This document shows, piece after piece, positions 62,394-64,000 of a DNA stretch of 64,000 bases. This stretch comes from an uncultured Bacilli bacterium. GTDB lineage: Bacteria; Bacillota_I; Bacilli_A; RF39; UBA660. The stretch's first letter is position 1. Each line of letters begins with the position of its first letter. Under the pieces are notes generated by a model, which did no database searches, was not told the DNA's origin, and saw only the letters and a program-made list of their open reading frames with translations. A program made the position numbers and the translations under genes. The stretch spans positions 6,252-70,251 of the forward strand of contig CALVRH010000003.1 in the NCBI GenBank assembly GCA_944358535.1, in the 5' to 3' direction.

Positions 62394-64000
<1,607 letters not shown>

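Overview
This window is a chromosomal segment of a very A+T-rich, spore-forming Bacillota (Firmicutes) genome. From 1 to about 56 kb the genes are mostly minus-strand housekeeping genes in Bacillus-like synteny. They include comEA-comEC, a PadR/DUF1700 module, a sigK-like sigma factor, and an alpha/beta-hydrolase / murF-like / ddl / M14-like / ileS cluster. They continue with sepF-divIVA, glyQS with a T-box leader, and recO-yqzL-era-dgkA-ybeY-VanZ-yqfD-yqfC-SPFH-NfeD. Further along are recG, pdp, an XRE cluster with a short SSB, an atypical sufU-sufB operon, spoVS, rarA-copZ-copA, an ica/pga-like GT2 plus deacetylase locus, CcdA/thioredoxin, and a Y-family polymerase with a YolD-like partner. 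From about 56.7 kb to the right edge the content changes to what I read as an integrative mobilisable element. It carries a large serine recombinase (cut by the window edge), a MobV relaxase with candidate oriT inverted repeats, an HpaII-like m5C restriction-modification pair and an ASCH protein. Its most interesting cargo is a two-gene operon encoding a small 3-TM protein and an orphan ThsB-like TIR protein. The element appears to have inserted into an AlbA_2/Schlafen-type gene, of which only the 5' end remains. I translated several features by hand that the ORF track misses: edge-truncated comEC, a 53-aa YjcZ-like gene, a 40-aa yqzL, a start-less XRE pseudogene and a PHP-like fragment. I also propose two independent promoter-to-terminator small RNAs with C-rich single-stranded motifs flanking recG. 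No rRNA, tRNA or CRISPR array was seen. All functional calls rest on motif recognition by eye and on memory of protein families. No searches were run.
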